From the NCBI GenBank assembly GCA_963727285.1, contig CAVSFF010000008.1, positions 6,857 to 70,856 of the forward strand: a stretch of DNA of 64,000 bases, given 5' to 3'. A program made the translations under genes and the position numbers. The notes beneath the pieces are model-generated. The model was not told the DNA's origin. It did no database searches and worked only from the letters and a program-made list of their open reading frames with translations. Numbering within the stretch: position 1 is the first letter of the stretch; every line of letters begins with the position of its first letter. Positions 30,802 to 39,596 of the stretch are shown one piece after another. The DNA comes from an uncultured Thermoleophilia bacterium. Its GTDB lineage: Bacteria > Actinomycetota > Thermoleophilia > Miltoncostaeales > Miltoncostaeaceae.

Positions 30802-32016
30802 ATGACCATCGATCCCCGGATCGCCTACGACGACCTCGACGCACATCCGCTGATCAGGGCGGTCTCGGACCTGTCCGCCCACCCCGCCGACGAGCATGCC
30901 GCGCACCGCCTGGCGGGGGAGCTGTTCGGCATCGAGACGACCGTGCCGGTGGCAATCGCCGAGCTGGTCCTGGGATCCCACGGGGCCTTCGCGGGTCTGG
31001 CGCGCGACGGGATCGCCCCGGGGGATCGTCGGCTTGCACGCGCCGCGTACGAGCTGGGCGCCCTCGGTGAACTGGCCCATGCGGATCTGGCGGGGATGCT
31101 GTTCCATCATGGCCTCGCCGACGCGGTGCCACCGGAGACTGCCGACGTCCGGGACGCGCGCCCGCCGGCGTTCGCCGAGTTGCGGGATGCGCTCGCGGCC
31201 GGGCCGGGCTGGGATGCCCACGTCGCCGCAGTCGCGGAGTTCCACTACCGCGAGGGGGTCGGAGCGCTGGCGGCCCACCGTGTGCTGCGGTACCGCCACG
31301 GGGCCCTGGTCGGGATCACCCGCCCCGATCCGATCACGCCGGCGGATCTCATCGGCAGCGACCACCAGCGCGCGCCGCTGGCGATTGCCCTCGACGCATT
31401 CGTCGCCGGCGGTCCCGCCAACGACGCACTGCTGTACGGGCCTCCGGGGACGGGCAAGTCGGCATCGGTGCGCGCGCTTGCGGCCGGATGCGCCGACCGG
31501 GGTCTGCGGCTGATCCAGGTGGACCGCTCCGACGCGGCGACCGTGACCGCGCTGTTCGACGAGCTCGAGGGTGCCGGCCCGCGATGCCTGGTGCTCCTCG
31601 ACGATCTCGTCTTCGACGACGCCGAGCGCACCGACCGTATCCTGCGGGCCGCGCTCGAGGGGGATGCCGCGATGCGCCCCACGAATGTGGTCGTCTGGGC
31701 GACATCGAATCGGCTCAAGCTCATCGCCGAAACCCGGTCCGAGCGCGACGACGATATGGAGACCGCCCTCGGGCGCGGTGAGAAGGCGGCGCTCGCAACC
31801 CGCTTCGGACTGCGGGTCGCGTTCACCCAATTGACCCAGGATCGCTACATCGAGATCGCGACCGGCCTCGTCGGGCGGCTTGGCGGACGCCAGAATGCGG
31901 CGCTCGTGCCCTCGGCCGTTCGCTTTGCGCGGGGCGGGCACGGACTGACCCCCCGGACCGCGCGGCAGTTCGCGGTGGCGTGGTGCGCGGGAACGGTCCC
32001 ACCGTTGCCCGAGTAG
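30802..32016 (+). CDS. DUF815-family AAA+ ATPase
   Basis: P-loop LLYGPPGTGKSASVRAL and Walker B CLVLLDDL, in the context I associate with DUF815. There is a long N-terminal extension of about 190 aa. Confidence 0.65.
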   Translation: MTIDPRIAYDDLDAHPLIRAVSDLSAHPADEHAAHRLAGELFGIETTVPVAIAELVLGSHGAFAGLARDGIAPGDRRLARAAYELGALGELAHADLAGMLFHHGLADAVPPETADVRDARPPAFAELRDALAAGPGWDAHVAAVAEFHYREGVGALAAHRVLRYRHGALVGITRPDPITPADLIGSDHQRAPLAIALDAFVAGGPANDALLYGPPGTGKSASVRALAAGCADRGLRLIQVDRSDAATVTALFDELEGAGPRCLVLLDDLVFDDAERTDRILRAALEGDAAMRPTNVVVWATSNRLKLIAETRSERDDDMETALGRGEKAALATRFGLRVAFTQLTQDRYIEIATGLVGRLGGRQNAALVPSAVRFARGGHGLTPRTARQFAVAWCAGTVPPLPE

Positions 32017-32017
32017 C

Positions 32018-33068
32018 CTAGGCCGGCCCGTCCGCCTCCGGAAGACGGATGCCAAGTTGACGGGCGAGCGTGCCCAGATGCGCGGTGCAGCACTCGCCGA
32101 GGGCCTCATCGATCCGCCCGCCGGCGGCATCCACCACCACCGCGCGCGCACCCCCGCGCTGATCGACGATGGCGAGATGGATCGGCCAGTCAATCCTCGT
32201 CGCCGCGTCGACGGTCAGGACCTCGGCGTCCGGGATGCCGAGCTCGGCACGGGCCAGCTGGTGGCGTTCGCGGGCGGCGTCCTGGACGAGTGTGTCCTGG
32301 CGGGCGATGGTGCGCTCGAGGCGCGGAGCGGACGGCCTCCGGGGTCGCGGATGCCGTCAGTGTCGGAGCGTCATCGTCGATCTCCGGGTCCGGGGCGCTG
32401 CGCGCGGGCATCGACCAGAGCGCCGTCCCGCCGAGCGGCTCGTACAGGACGAAGGCCGGGCGCACCCGCAGGCGCTTGCGCATTCCGGCGCGGTCGCCGC
32501 AACCGAAGCGCACCTCGACCAGCGGCAGCCACGCATCGGCGGATCCCAAGATGCGCCCACGGCCCATCCCGAGCACCCCGCGCGTCGCAGCCTGGATCAC
32601 CGCCCCGGCGTCCGCGGCCGTGGTCCGTCGGGCGACGCCGCTGCGCGTGCCGGCTGCGGGGGCCGCGCCGAGCGCCGCGACCGCGACCATTCCGAGGCGC
32701 TGCTCGAGTTCGGCACGGTCCCAAATCGCGATCCCGGCGCCCGCGGCGGTGGTCCGCGCCGCAGGCGTCGCGCCGGCCGGGCAGGCGACGATCATCTGGC
32801 CAAGACCGAGGTCGTCGCGCACCAGGCGCGCACGTGCCACCACGGCGGTGTCGATCGGCTGACTCCAGTTCTTGCACTCGACCGCGACGCGCGTTTCCAG
32901 CAGATCCTCCTGACGGGAGGCGAGGATGTCGATCTCGTGACGCGCCCCGGACCGTCCCACCACGATCGTGTTGGTTGCGGTCCGGTATCCGTGCGCGCGG
33001 AAGAGGGCGTCGATGACGTGCTCGAACATGCGCCCGCGCTCATGAGGGCGGAGTGGGGTGGTGCTCAT
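32018..33068 (-). pseudogene. Restriction-endonuclease (Mrr_cat-like) domain protein with uncharacterised C-terminal region; frame broken near 32335
   Basis: GRMFEHVIDALFRAHGYRT...GARHEIDILASR...VAVECKNWSQPID is a PD-(D/E)xK Mrr-like core. After ...ATPEAVRSAP the frame shifts to LERTIARQDTLVQDAARERHQLARAELGIPDAEVLTVDA..., ending at the TAG at 32018, with a single base between it and the DUF815 stop. Confidence 0.55.
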
Positions 33069-33187
33069 CCCGGCGACGGTAGCGCGGAGCGCGGACTGCA
33101 TCCGGCGCCCGCGCCTCGCCAAGTTCGCCGCAAATCGACATAGTGAGGGGCGTGGTGAGGCATGGTTGAGATGCGCCGGGGCGCGCG

Positions 33188-34436
33188 ATGACGTTTGCCG
33201 AGCTGGCGCTCATCGTGGCGTGCGGCCTCGTCGGCGTGATCCTTGCGGGGCTGCCCCGGTTCGCCCTTCCCGTCGTCGTCGGCGAGATCGCCGCCGGCGT
33301 GGTGATCGGGAGGACGGGATTCGGAATCATCGATCCGACCGAGCCGACCGTGGCGTTTCTCGCGGCGATCGGCTTCGCGCTGTTGATGTTCGCGGTCGGT
33401 ACCGCGCTCCCGCTGCGCGACCCGGGGCTGCGGCGGTCGGTGCGCGCCGGGGTGCGGGTCCTCGCCGTGTCGGCAGTGCTCGCGCTGGCGGGAGGGTTCG
33501 CGCTGGCGGCCGTCACTGCGGTCCATCACCCGCTGATGATTGCGATCCTGCTGGTGACGTCCTCGGCGGCCGTTGTCATGCCCGTGCTCGACGAAGCGGG
33601 CCTGACCCGGACGCACATCGGCCTGATTACCGCAGCTTGGGTGACCCTTGCCGACATCGGGAGCGTGGTCGCGCTGCCGTTCGCGCTCGTCCACGGGTCG
33701 TCGTTGAACGTCGTGCTGGGCGGCATCGTCGTCGCGGCGGCGACCGTCGGCATCTGGGCTGTCCTGCGGGCCGCCCGCACCCAGGCGTGGTTCCGGCGCT
33801 ACCGACGCATGTCCCACCACCGCGGGTGGGGACTCGACCTGCGCATCTCGCTGGTGTCGCTGTTCGTGCTCGCGTGGCTCGCGGTCCGCATCGGGACGAG
33901 CATTCTGGTGGCGGGGTTCTGTGCGGGCGCCGTCGTCGCGCTGGTCGGGGAACCCAAGCGCCTGGCGTGGCAGATCCTCGGGATCGGACAGGGATTCTTC
34001 ATCCCGCTGTTCTTCGTGGTCCTCGGTGCGCAGATCAATCTGCGCGCGCTCGTCACCAAGCCGGCGGACCTCATGTTCGCGGTGATCCTGGCGGCCGCCA
34101 TCGTTGTCGTGCATGCGGGTGCGGCCAAGCTGCACCCGACTTCCCCTGTCCAGCGGCCTGATCGCCACGGCGCAGATGGGGGTGCCCGCTGCAGTCGTCG
34201 CCGTCGGCCTCGCGACGAAGGTGCTCACGCCGGGTCAGGCCGCCGCGGTGCTGACGGCGACCCTGATCTCCATCGGTGTGATGACGCTCGGCGCGCGGAT
34301 GCTCGGCCGTGAGTCCCAGGTCTCCGGATCACCCGAGGTCGACGGCGGAACCATAAGGCGGCCGCCGCGATGCGCCGATGATCAGGCAAGACCCTGGCGG
34401 GGATTCCGGCGATCAGATGGTCCGCTGGTAACCTGA
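33188..34436 (+). pseudogene. Cation:proton antiporter (CPA family); frame broken near 34131
   Basis: LPVVVGEIAAGVVIGRTGFG...FLAAIGFALLMFAVGTAL. After ...HAGAAKL the text continues in the +1 frame as TRLPLSSGLIATAQMGVPAAVVAVGL. Confidence 0.7.
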
Positions 34437-34455
34437 AATCCTGGCCTGCACGCCG

Positions 34456-35412
34456 ATGGGATCCCGAATGACCGACGCACCCGCCCCGAAGATGCGCCGC
34501 CGTCCGCGGCGGATGCTGGTCATCGGCGGCGCAATCGTGGCGGCCGCGGCCGGCGTCGCCGTCGCCGTCGCCCAAGGGTCCGGGCACAAGGGTGGCCCGA
34601 CCACCGCCACCGCCGCGACCGCCAACGCGTCGCTCGGCGCAACGGCCGCAGCGACCGGCACCACGGCCACCTCCCCGCCGAAGAAGAAGACGCCCCCGCC
34701 GTCCGCCACCGCCGCAACCCAGCGCCAGATCCGGCGGATGATCGCCGCCAACGCAATCTTCGTGAAGGGCGGCGCCCGCGGTCGGCTGGTGGCCCTCACC
34801 TTCGATGACGGCCCCAGCATCTACACCCCGCATCTCGTGCGGGAACTGCGGCAGCTCAAGGCGCCGGCGACGTTCTTCGAAATCGGGAGCCAGATCCACC
34901 GCTACTCGGCCCTCGTGGCCAACATGACCAAGCTCGGCTTCGCGATCGAGGATCACACCTGGAACCATCCGGACCTCACCCGGGTGTCGTCGACGCAGCG
35001 TCAGGGTCAGCTGTTGTGGACCAAGAACGCGATCTTCAAAGCCACGCACGTCTACCCGCAGTTCTTCCGGCCGCCGTACGGCGCCCAGGACGCCCGCGTC
35101 CGCAGGGCGGCGGGCGGACTCGGAATGGTGACCACCGTGTGGAGCATCGACACCCGCGACTGGTCACGCCCCGGAACGGCGGCGATCATTCACGCGGCCG
35201 AGCAGGTTCGCCCGGGCGGGATCGTGCTGATGCACGACGGCGGCGGCAACCGCTCCGAGACCCTGGCCGCGGTCCCGGTCGTCGTCCGCTATCTGCGTGC
35301 CCGCGGCTACACCCTCGTCACGATTCCCCAGCTGCTCACCAAGGCGCCGCCAAGGCTGTCGACCAAGTGGCTGTCGACCAAGTGGCTGTCGGCCACACAC
35401 GGTGGCGGCTAG
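34456..35412 (+). CDS. Polysaccharide deacetylase (NodB homology domain), secreted/membrane-anchored
   Basis: N-terminal TM segment, then LTFDDGPS, HTWNHPDL, FRPPYG and IVLMHDGG. The C-terminus carries a duplicated LSTKW unit. Confidence 0.8.
   Translation: MGSRMTDAPAPKMRRRPRRMLVIGGAIVAAAAGVAVAVAQGSGHKGGPTTATAATANASLGATAAATGTTATSPPKKKTPPPSATAATQRQIRRMIAANAIFVKGGARGRLVALTFDDGPSIYTPHLVRELRQLKAPATFFEIGSQIHRYSALVANMTKLGFAIEDHTWNHPDLTRVSSTQRQGQLLWTKNAIFKATHVYPQFFRPPYGAQDARVRRAAGGLGMVTTVWSIDTRDWSRPGTAAIIHAAEQVRPGGIVLMHDGGGNRSETLAAVPVVVRYLRARGYTLVTIPQLLTKAPPRLSTKWLSTKWLSATHGGG
35356..35394 (+). repeat. 15-bp in-frame tandem duplication (2 full copies plus a partial third)
   Basis: ctgtcgaccaagtgg at 35356-35370 is repeated exactly at 35371-35385, followed by ctgtcgGcc. 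It encodes LSTKW-LSTKW-LSA. Confidence 0.85.
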
Positions 35413-35504
35413 GAACCATTGCGGCGGACCCGTACATGTGCGGGTTGTTACGATCTTCGGGCGGGACGACGGACACCCCGATTCCGACGCCGAAGGAGAA
35501 CCGA

Positions 35505-35951
35505 ATGGCCGATCTGCTCACCGAAGCCCCGATCGATCCTCAAGCGGGATGGGTCGCTGACCACGTACGCCTGTACGCCGACTCCAACGGCGCCGAGGGC
35601 CACCATTGGCGCCCGGGCGTGGCGACGCTGCTGCTGACGACGCGCGGCAAGAAGTCCGGGGCTGCTCGCCGTACCGCCCTGATCTACGCCACCGACGGCG
35701 ACCGGTACATCGTCACCGCCTCGTACGGGGGATCGCCGACGCACCCGGACTGGTACCTGAACATCGAGGCCGACCCCGAGGTCGTCGTCCAGGTCGGTGC
35801 GGACAAGTTTCGCGCCACGGCAGAGCGCGACACACCCGAGACCCGCGCACACCTGTGGGAGCTGGCGACTGCGGTGTGGCCCGACTACAACGACTACGCC
35901 ACGAAGACCACGCGCGAGATCCCGCTCGTCGTCCTCACCCCGCACGACTGA
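35505..35951 (+). CDS. Nitroreductase-family deazaflavin (F420)-dependent oxidoreductase (DUF385)
   Basis: LLLTTRGKKSGAARRTALIY...YIVTASYGGSPTHPDWYLNIEADPEV.V.VG. GAAGGAG lies 7 nt upstream of the ATG. Confidence 0.75.
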   Translation: MADLLTEAPIDPQAGWVADHVRLYADSNGAEGHHWRPGVATLLLTTRGKKSGAARRTALIYATDGDRYIVTASYGGSPTHPDWYLNIEADPEVVVQVGADKFRATAERDTPETRAHLWELATAVWPDYNDYATKTTREIPLVVLTPHD

Positions 35952-35986
35952 ATCCGGCCGTCGGGGGCGCCGTCCGGCCCCCCGGC

Positions 35987-36451
35987 CTAGGCCCGCGGCG
36001 CGGGGGGAGGAAACCCGTCGTCGCGACGGATCAGAAGCCACAGCATCGCCCCGACGATGATCAGGATCAGTGCGCTCGCCACGATGATGAAGACGCCGGC
36101 GACCAGCCCGATGCCGCCGCTCGGGAGAATCCAGACGCCCGTCACCAGAGCGATGATTCCCGCGACGATCACGAACGCGACCGCGATCGCAAACACAATG
36201 GCGGCGACGGCCGTGGCGAGCCGCACAAACCAGTTCGTGCGCTGGCCGGCCGCCTGAAACACGCCCATGCGATCCGTCCGGCCCGGGATCACGGCGCCCC
36301 CGGGCGGGGTCGCGACGTCGGCGCGCCCGCGTGTCGATGTCGTGCCCGAGAGCGAGGGGGGAGCCGAACCGGCTCCGCAATTCGGACACGCACCGTGCTC
36401 GTCGAGCGGCTGCCCACAGCGCAGGCAGGACATGGCGTAGGTGCCGGCCAT
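35987..36451 (-). CDS. Zinc-ribbon membrane protein, hypothetical
   Basis: N-terminal CLRCGQPL...CPNCG zinc ribbon, followed by three or four hydrophobic helices. It starts 2 nt after the stop of the upstream AIM24-family gene. Confidence 0.55.
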   Translation of the reverse strand: MAGTYAMSCLRCGQPLDEHGACPNCGAGSAPPSLSGTTSTRGRADVATPPGGAVIPGRTDRMGVFQAAGQRTNWFVRLATAVAAIVFAIAVAFVIVAGIIALVTGVWILPSGGIGLVAGVFIIVASALILIIVGAMLWLLIRRDDGFPPPAPRA

Positions 36452-36453
36452 CG

Positions 36454-37221
36454 TCAGTTCCCGAAGACCCCGCCGATGAATCCGTCCACCAGGCCGGAGG
36501 ACGACCCGCCGCTGCTGCCGCCACCGCTGTTGTCGGGCATGTATTCGGCGAGCTGGGCGGCGAGCATCTGAATGGACATCGACTGGAGCCAGACGCGTCC
36601 GGGGCCGGTCAGGTCCGCCAGGAAGAATCCGTTTCCGCCGAAGAACTTGTTCGCGAGTCCCGGGATCGTCGAGACCTTGAAGCTGACCGTCTCATCGAAT
36701 GCTCCGACGTGGCCGGGGTGAACGCGGACGGTCTCGCCGGCGGGCAGGTCGTAGGTGAACATCTCGCCCGAGAGCTCGAGCCAGGCGAGCCCCTCCCCGG
36801 TCAGGTGCTGTAAGAAGAAGCCCATGCCACCGAAGAAGCCGCCGGTCAGTGCCTTCTGCTGCAGGGCGACCGAGGCCTCGATGCCCTCGGTCCCGCACAG
36901 AAACCCGGAGCGGTGGACGTAGTAGCTCCGCTCCGGCGTCACCTCGACGCTAACGATGTTGCCCGGCAGCTTGGCCGCAAACACGACCGTGCCGGGCGTG
37001 GCCGCGACCGAGTAGCGGGTCAGGAACAGTCCGCCGCCGCCGACCACGCGCTTGGCGGCTTTCATGAAGCCTCGGCCGCCGGTTCCCATCTGGGTGGTCT
37101 GGGACAGGGAGACCGTCGGCGTCATCCATCCGAGGTCTCCGTGGGTCGAGACGACGGTCTCCCCGGGCGACAGCACAGCTTCCAGCACCGGCAGAACGGT
37201 GCCCTTGACTTCGAACTTCAT
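36454..37221 (-). CDS. TIGR00266/AIM24-family protein
   Basis: MKFEVKGTVLPVLEAVLSPGETVVSTHGDLGWM...GLFLTRY...VHRSGFLC...GFFLQHLTGEGLAWLELSG...GFFLADLTGPGRVWLQS, with a Gly/Ser-rich tail. Confidence 0.7.
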   Translation of the reverse strand: MKFEVKGTVLPVLEAVLSPGETVVSTHGDLGWMTPTVSLSQTTQMGTGGRGFMKAAKRVVGGGGLFLTRYSVAATPGTVVFAAKLPGNIVSVEVTPERSYYVHRSGFLCGTEGIEASVALQQKALTGGFFGGMGFFLQHLTGEGLAWLELSGEMFTYDLPAGETVRVHPGHVGAFDETVSFKVSTIPGLANKFFGGNGFFLADLTGPGRVWLQSMSIQMLAAQLAEYMPDNSGGGSSGGSSSGLVDGFIGGVFGN

Positions 37222-37497
37222 CGGTACCTCGCAATCGCACGGTAGGGAAACTCGATGCGTCGCCGTAGGGGGGGCCGGGCCCGATGGGGCCGGGCGTGGC
37301 GTCGCGGTGCTGAACGAACCATCGGCACGCATGCCCCGTGGACTTGATCATCCGGCACACCACCCATCGCGCGAGGATCGCACACCCCTCGGATGCCGGG
37401 TGCCAGGCCGGATCGGTGCAATGATGCCGACGGGGGCGTCGGCCAGGAGCCGCCGCCGGCACCGCACTGTGCAGGGCACACCATCAAGGAGTGAGAT

Positions 37498-37992
37498 ATG
37501 AGCACCGACACCGGCTTTGTCGTCGACCTCGGTATTGGCGACGGCGACCGCGCGGCGATTGCGCAGGGCCTGGAGCGACTGCTCGCCGACAGCTACACGC
37601 TCTACCTGAAGACCCAGAATTTCCACTGGAATGTCACCGGGCCGATGTTCGCGACGCTCCACGTGATGTTCGAGGAGCAGTACAGCGAGCTCGCCGTCGC
37701 CGTCGATCTCATCGCCGAGCGGATTCGTTCCCTGGGGGCGTTCGCGCCGGGGTCCTTCGTTGCATTCGCGCGTCTGTCGTCGGTCGAGGAGGCCACCGCG
37801 GTTCCCCCGGCAAAGGAGATGATCCGGCAACTGCTGGTGGGGCACGAGCAGGTCGCCCGCACCGCGCGCGCCGTGTTCTTGGCTGCCGACGCCGGAAACG
37901 ACCAGTCGACCGCGGATCTGCTGACGCAGCGCCTGCAGGTCCACGAGAAGACGGCGTGGATGCTGCGGAGCCTGATCGAGCCCGTCGTCTGA
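37498..37992 (+). CDS. dps: Dps family DNA starvation/stationary-phase protection protein
   Basis: LLADSYTLYLKTQNFHWNVTGPMFATLHVMFEEQY...DLIAERIRSLG...DLLTQRLQVHEKTAWML. Confidence 0.9.
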   Translation: MSTDTGFVVDLGIGDGDRAAIAQGLERLLADSYTLYLKTQNFHWNVTGPMFATLHVMFEEQYSELAVAVDLIAERIRSLGAFAPGSFVAFARLSSVEEATAVPPAKEMIRQLLVGHEQVARTARAVFLAADAGNDQSTADLLTQRLQVHEKTAWMLRSLIEPVV

Positions 37993-38048
37993 TCTCGCAG
38001 CAGCCGCGCGCGGCGGTAGGGTCACGGCATCGACGCAAGGAGGCGGAC

Positions 38049-38624
38049 ATGATCGGTGCGAAGTCCGTGGGGGCCGTGGTCGGCGTGGGCGCGCTGATGG
38101 CCCTGGTGGGCTGTGGGTCGGGGTCATCGGCGTCGACAACCGCCGCGACCTCGGCGGGCGGGACGACGGTCACCGTGACGGAAACCTCGACGGGTGGGAC
38201 CTCGCCGACGACCACCTCCGCGACGTCCACCGGGGGAACCTCGACCACCGCGGGCGCGCGGAACCTCGTGGTCACCAACTCACTGCGGGCCGACCTGCTT
38301 GCGGCGGGCGCGGCGAGCAACGGGATCCCCGCGTCCGACTACACCGGTCTGACGCGCGGACGCACGTTCTACGCATACGACCCGGCCACCAACACCTACT
38401 GGGCCGGCGCGCAGCTCGTTCCCAGCAGCTCATCGATGCGGGCACAGGTGTCGGTGCAGGACGACGGTGCGTACCTGCTGTTCAACAAGTCCGCCGGTGG
38501 GACATGGACGGTGCACTCGGTGGGAATGACCGGCGTCGGGGGAAGCCCGTGCCCGGTGACGGTGCCGAGTGGGGTACTGGCGGTGTGGGGATGGAAGGCC
38601 GGGACGTGTCGCCCCGGGGCATGA
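38049..38624 (+). CDS. Hypothetical lipoprotein
   Basis: Signal plus lipobox GALMALVGC, a T/S/G-rich linker, then a globular C-terminal domain with 2 Cys. AGGAGG lies upstream. Confidence 0.6.
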   Translation: MIGAKSVGAVVGVGALMALVGCGSGSSASTTAATSAGGTTVTVTETSTGGTSPTTTSATSTGGTSTTAGARNLVVTNSLRADLLAAGAASNGIPASDYTGLTRGRTFYAYDPATNTYWAGAQLVPSSSSMRAQVSVQDDGAYLLFNKSAGGTWTVHSVGMTGVGGSPCPVTVPSGVLAVWGWKAGTCRPGA

Positions 38625-38683
38625 CCCGCGCGGCGTCGAGTCGGCGGGCAACGTCGGTGTAAATCGACCCGCCGGGGGCGGCG

Positions 38684-38881
38684 GTGAAGGGGGCCGGCAT
38701 GGAGCCGCGGATCTCGCGTGACGGCTTGGCGTATGCCTTTGTCGTCATGTGTGCGCTGACGATCGCCAAGGTCTGGGACGGGTTGACGATGACCGACCTG
38801 TGGCGGTTCTCGATCATCGTGTTCGTCATCTTCTGTGTCATGTACGTCAGCGATCGGCGTCGCCACCCGCGCGGCGGCTAG
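38684..38881 (+). CDS. Small two-helix membrane protein, hypothetical
   Basis: Good GC3 bias. Two hydrophobic segments (LAYAFVVMCALTIA, FSIIVFVIFCVMYV). The start could be the internal ATG at 38699. Confidence 0.35.
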   Translation: MKGAGMEPRISRDGLAYAFVVMCALTIAKVWDGLTMTDLWRFSIIVFVIFCVMYVSDRRRHPRGG

Positions 38882-39057
38882 TCCCGCCTCGTCCGGCGCC
38901 GGCGGCCTGGGTCGGGCGGTGAGTGGCCTGGCCTGCCACGCGGCACTGCAGCCGCATCGTCCTCTACCCGCACGCTCCCGTGACGACGTCATGGCGGGAG
39001 CACCCGCAGCGACGCCCCGACACCGGCCGGCATCGGAGCGTCGCGGGTGTCGGCACG

Positions 39058-39282
39058 CTAGGCCGGGAACGGTTCCGGTGTACGGGCGCCCGGAACGAAC
39101 GCGCTCTCGGGCTCGAGCATCGCCCGGAGCTGTGCCCGGAATTCCGGCGAGTCGGTATGACCGTGGACGGCGACCGCGTGGCGGGCGGCGGCGTCGACGA
39201 CTTCGTCCTCTTCTCCGACGATCGTCAGCGTGCAGTGGCTGTCGCTCTCGAAGCGGCGACAGTCGGCCATCTTGCGAGCCAT
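39058..39282 (-). CDS. DUF1059 domain protein
   Basis: MARKMADCRRFESDSHCTLTIVGEEDEVVDAAARHAVAVHGHTDSPEFRAQLRAML matches the DUF1059 pattern (C..f....C...i.GeedEv......Ha...HGh). Confidence 0.7.
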   Translation of the reverse strand: MARKMADCRRFESDSHCTLTIVGEEDEVVDAAARHAVAVHGHTDSPEFRAQLRAMLEPESAFVPGARTPEPFPA

Positions 39283-39596
39283 TTGCGAACCCCCTGAGTT
39301 GATCCAATCGCGGCGCGACGTCGTGACGATGAATGTTCCGGATGTCCACCTCGATGGAGGCCCTGCTCGATCGGCACATCGTCCTGACGACGGTCGGCGC
39401 GTCGACGCCGCGCGCGCGGGCGTCAACCCTTGGACGGTGACGTGAATCAGCGTCGCACCGACATGTCTAGGAAATCGGATGCCTCCGGTCGTGCGTGCGG
39501 AATGTCCGGCGTGATGCCCCAAATATGTCGCGCAATGGGACGATTACGTAAGTTTACGCCGTCCCGTCGGGTGGGTCCGCAGGTGCGCGACCGGGG

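Noticed and set aside
32018-33068. Restriction-modification system
   Set aside because: No DNA methyltransferase or specificity-subunit motifs are readable in neighbouring ORFs. Only an isolated Mrr-like nuclease domain is present.
35356-35394. Possible CRISPR or minisatellite
   Set aside because: There are only two and a half directly adjacent 15-bp copies with no spacers, inside a coding region. It is a simple tandem duplication.
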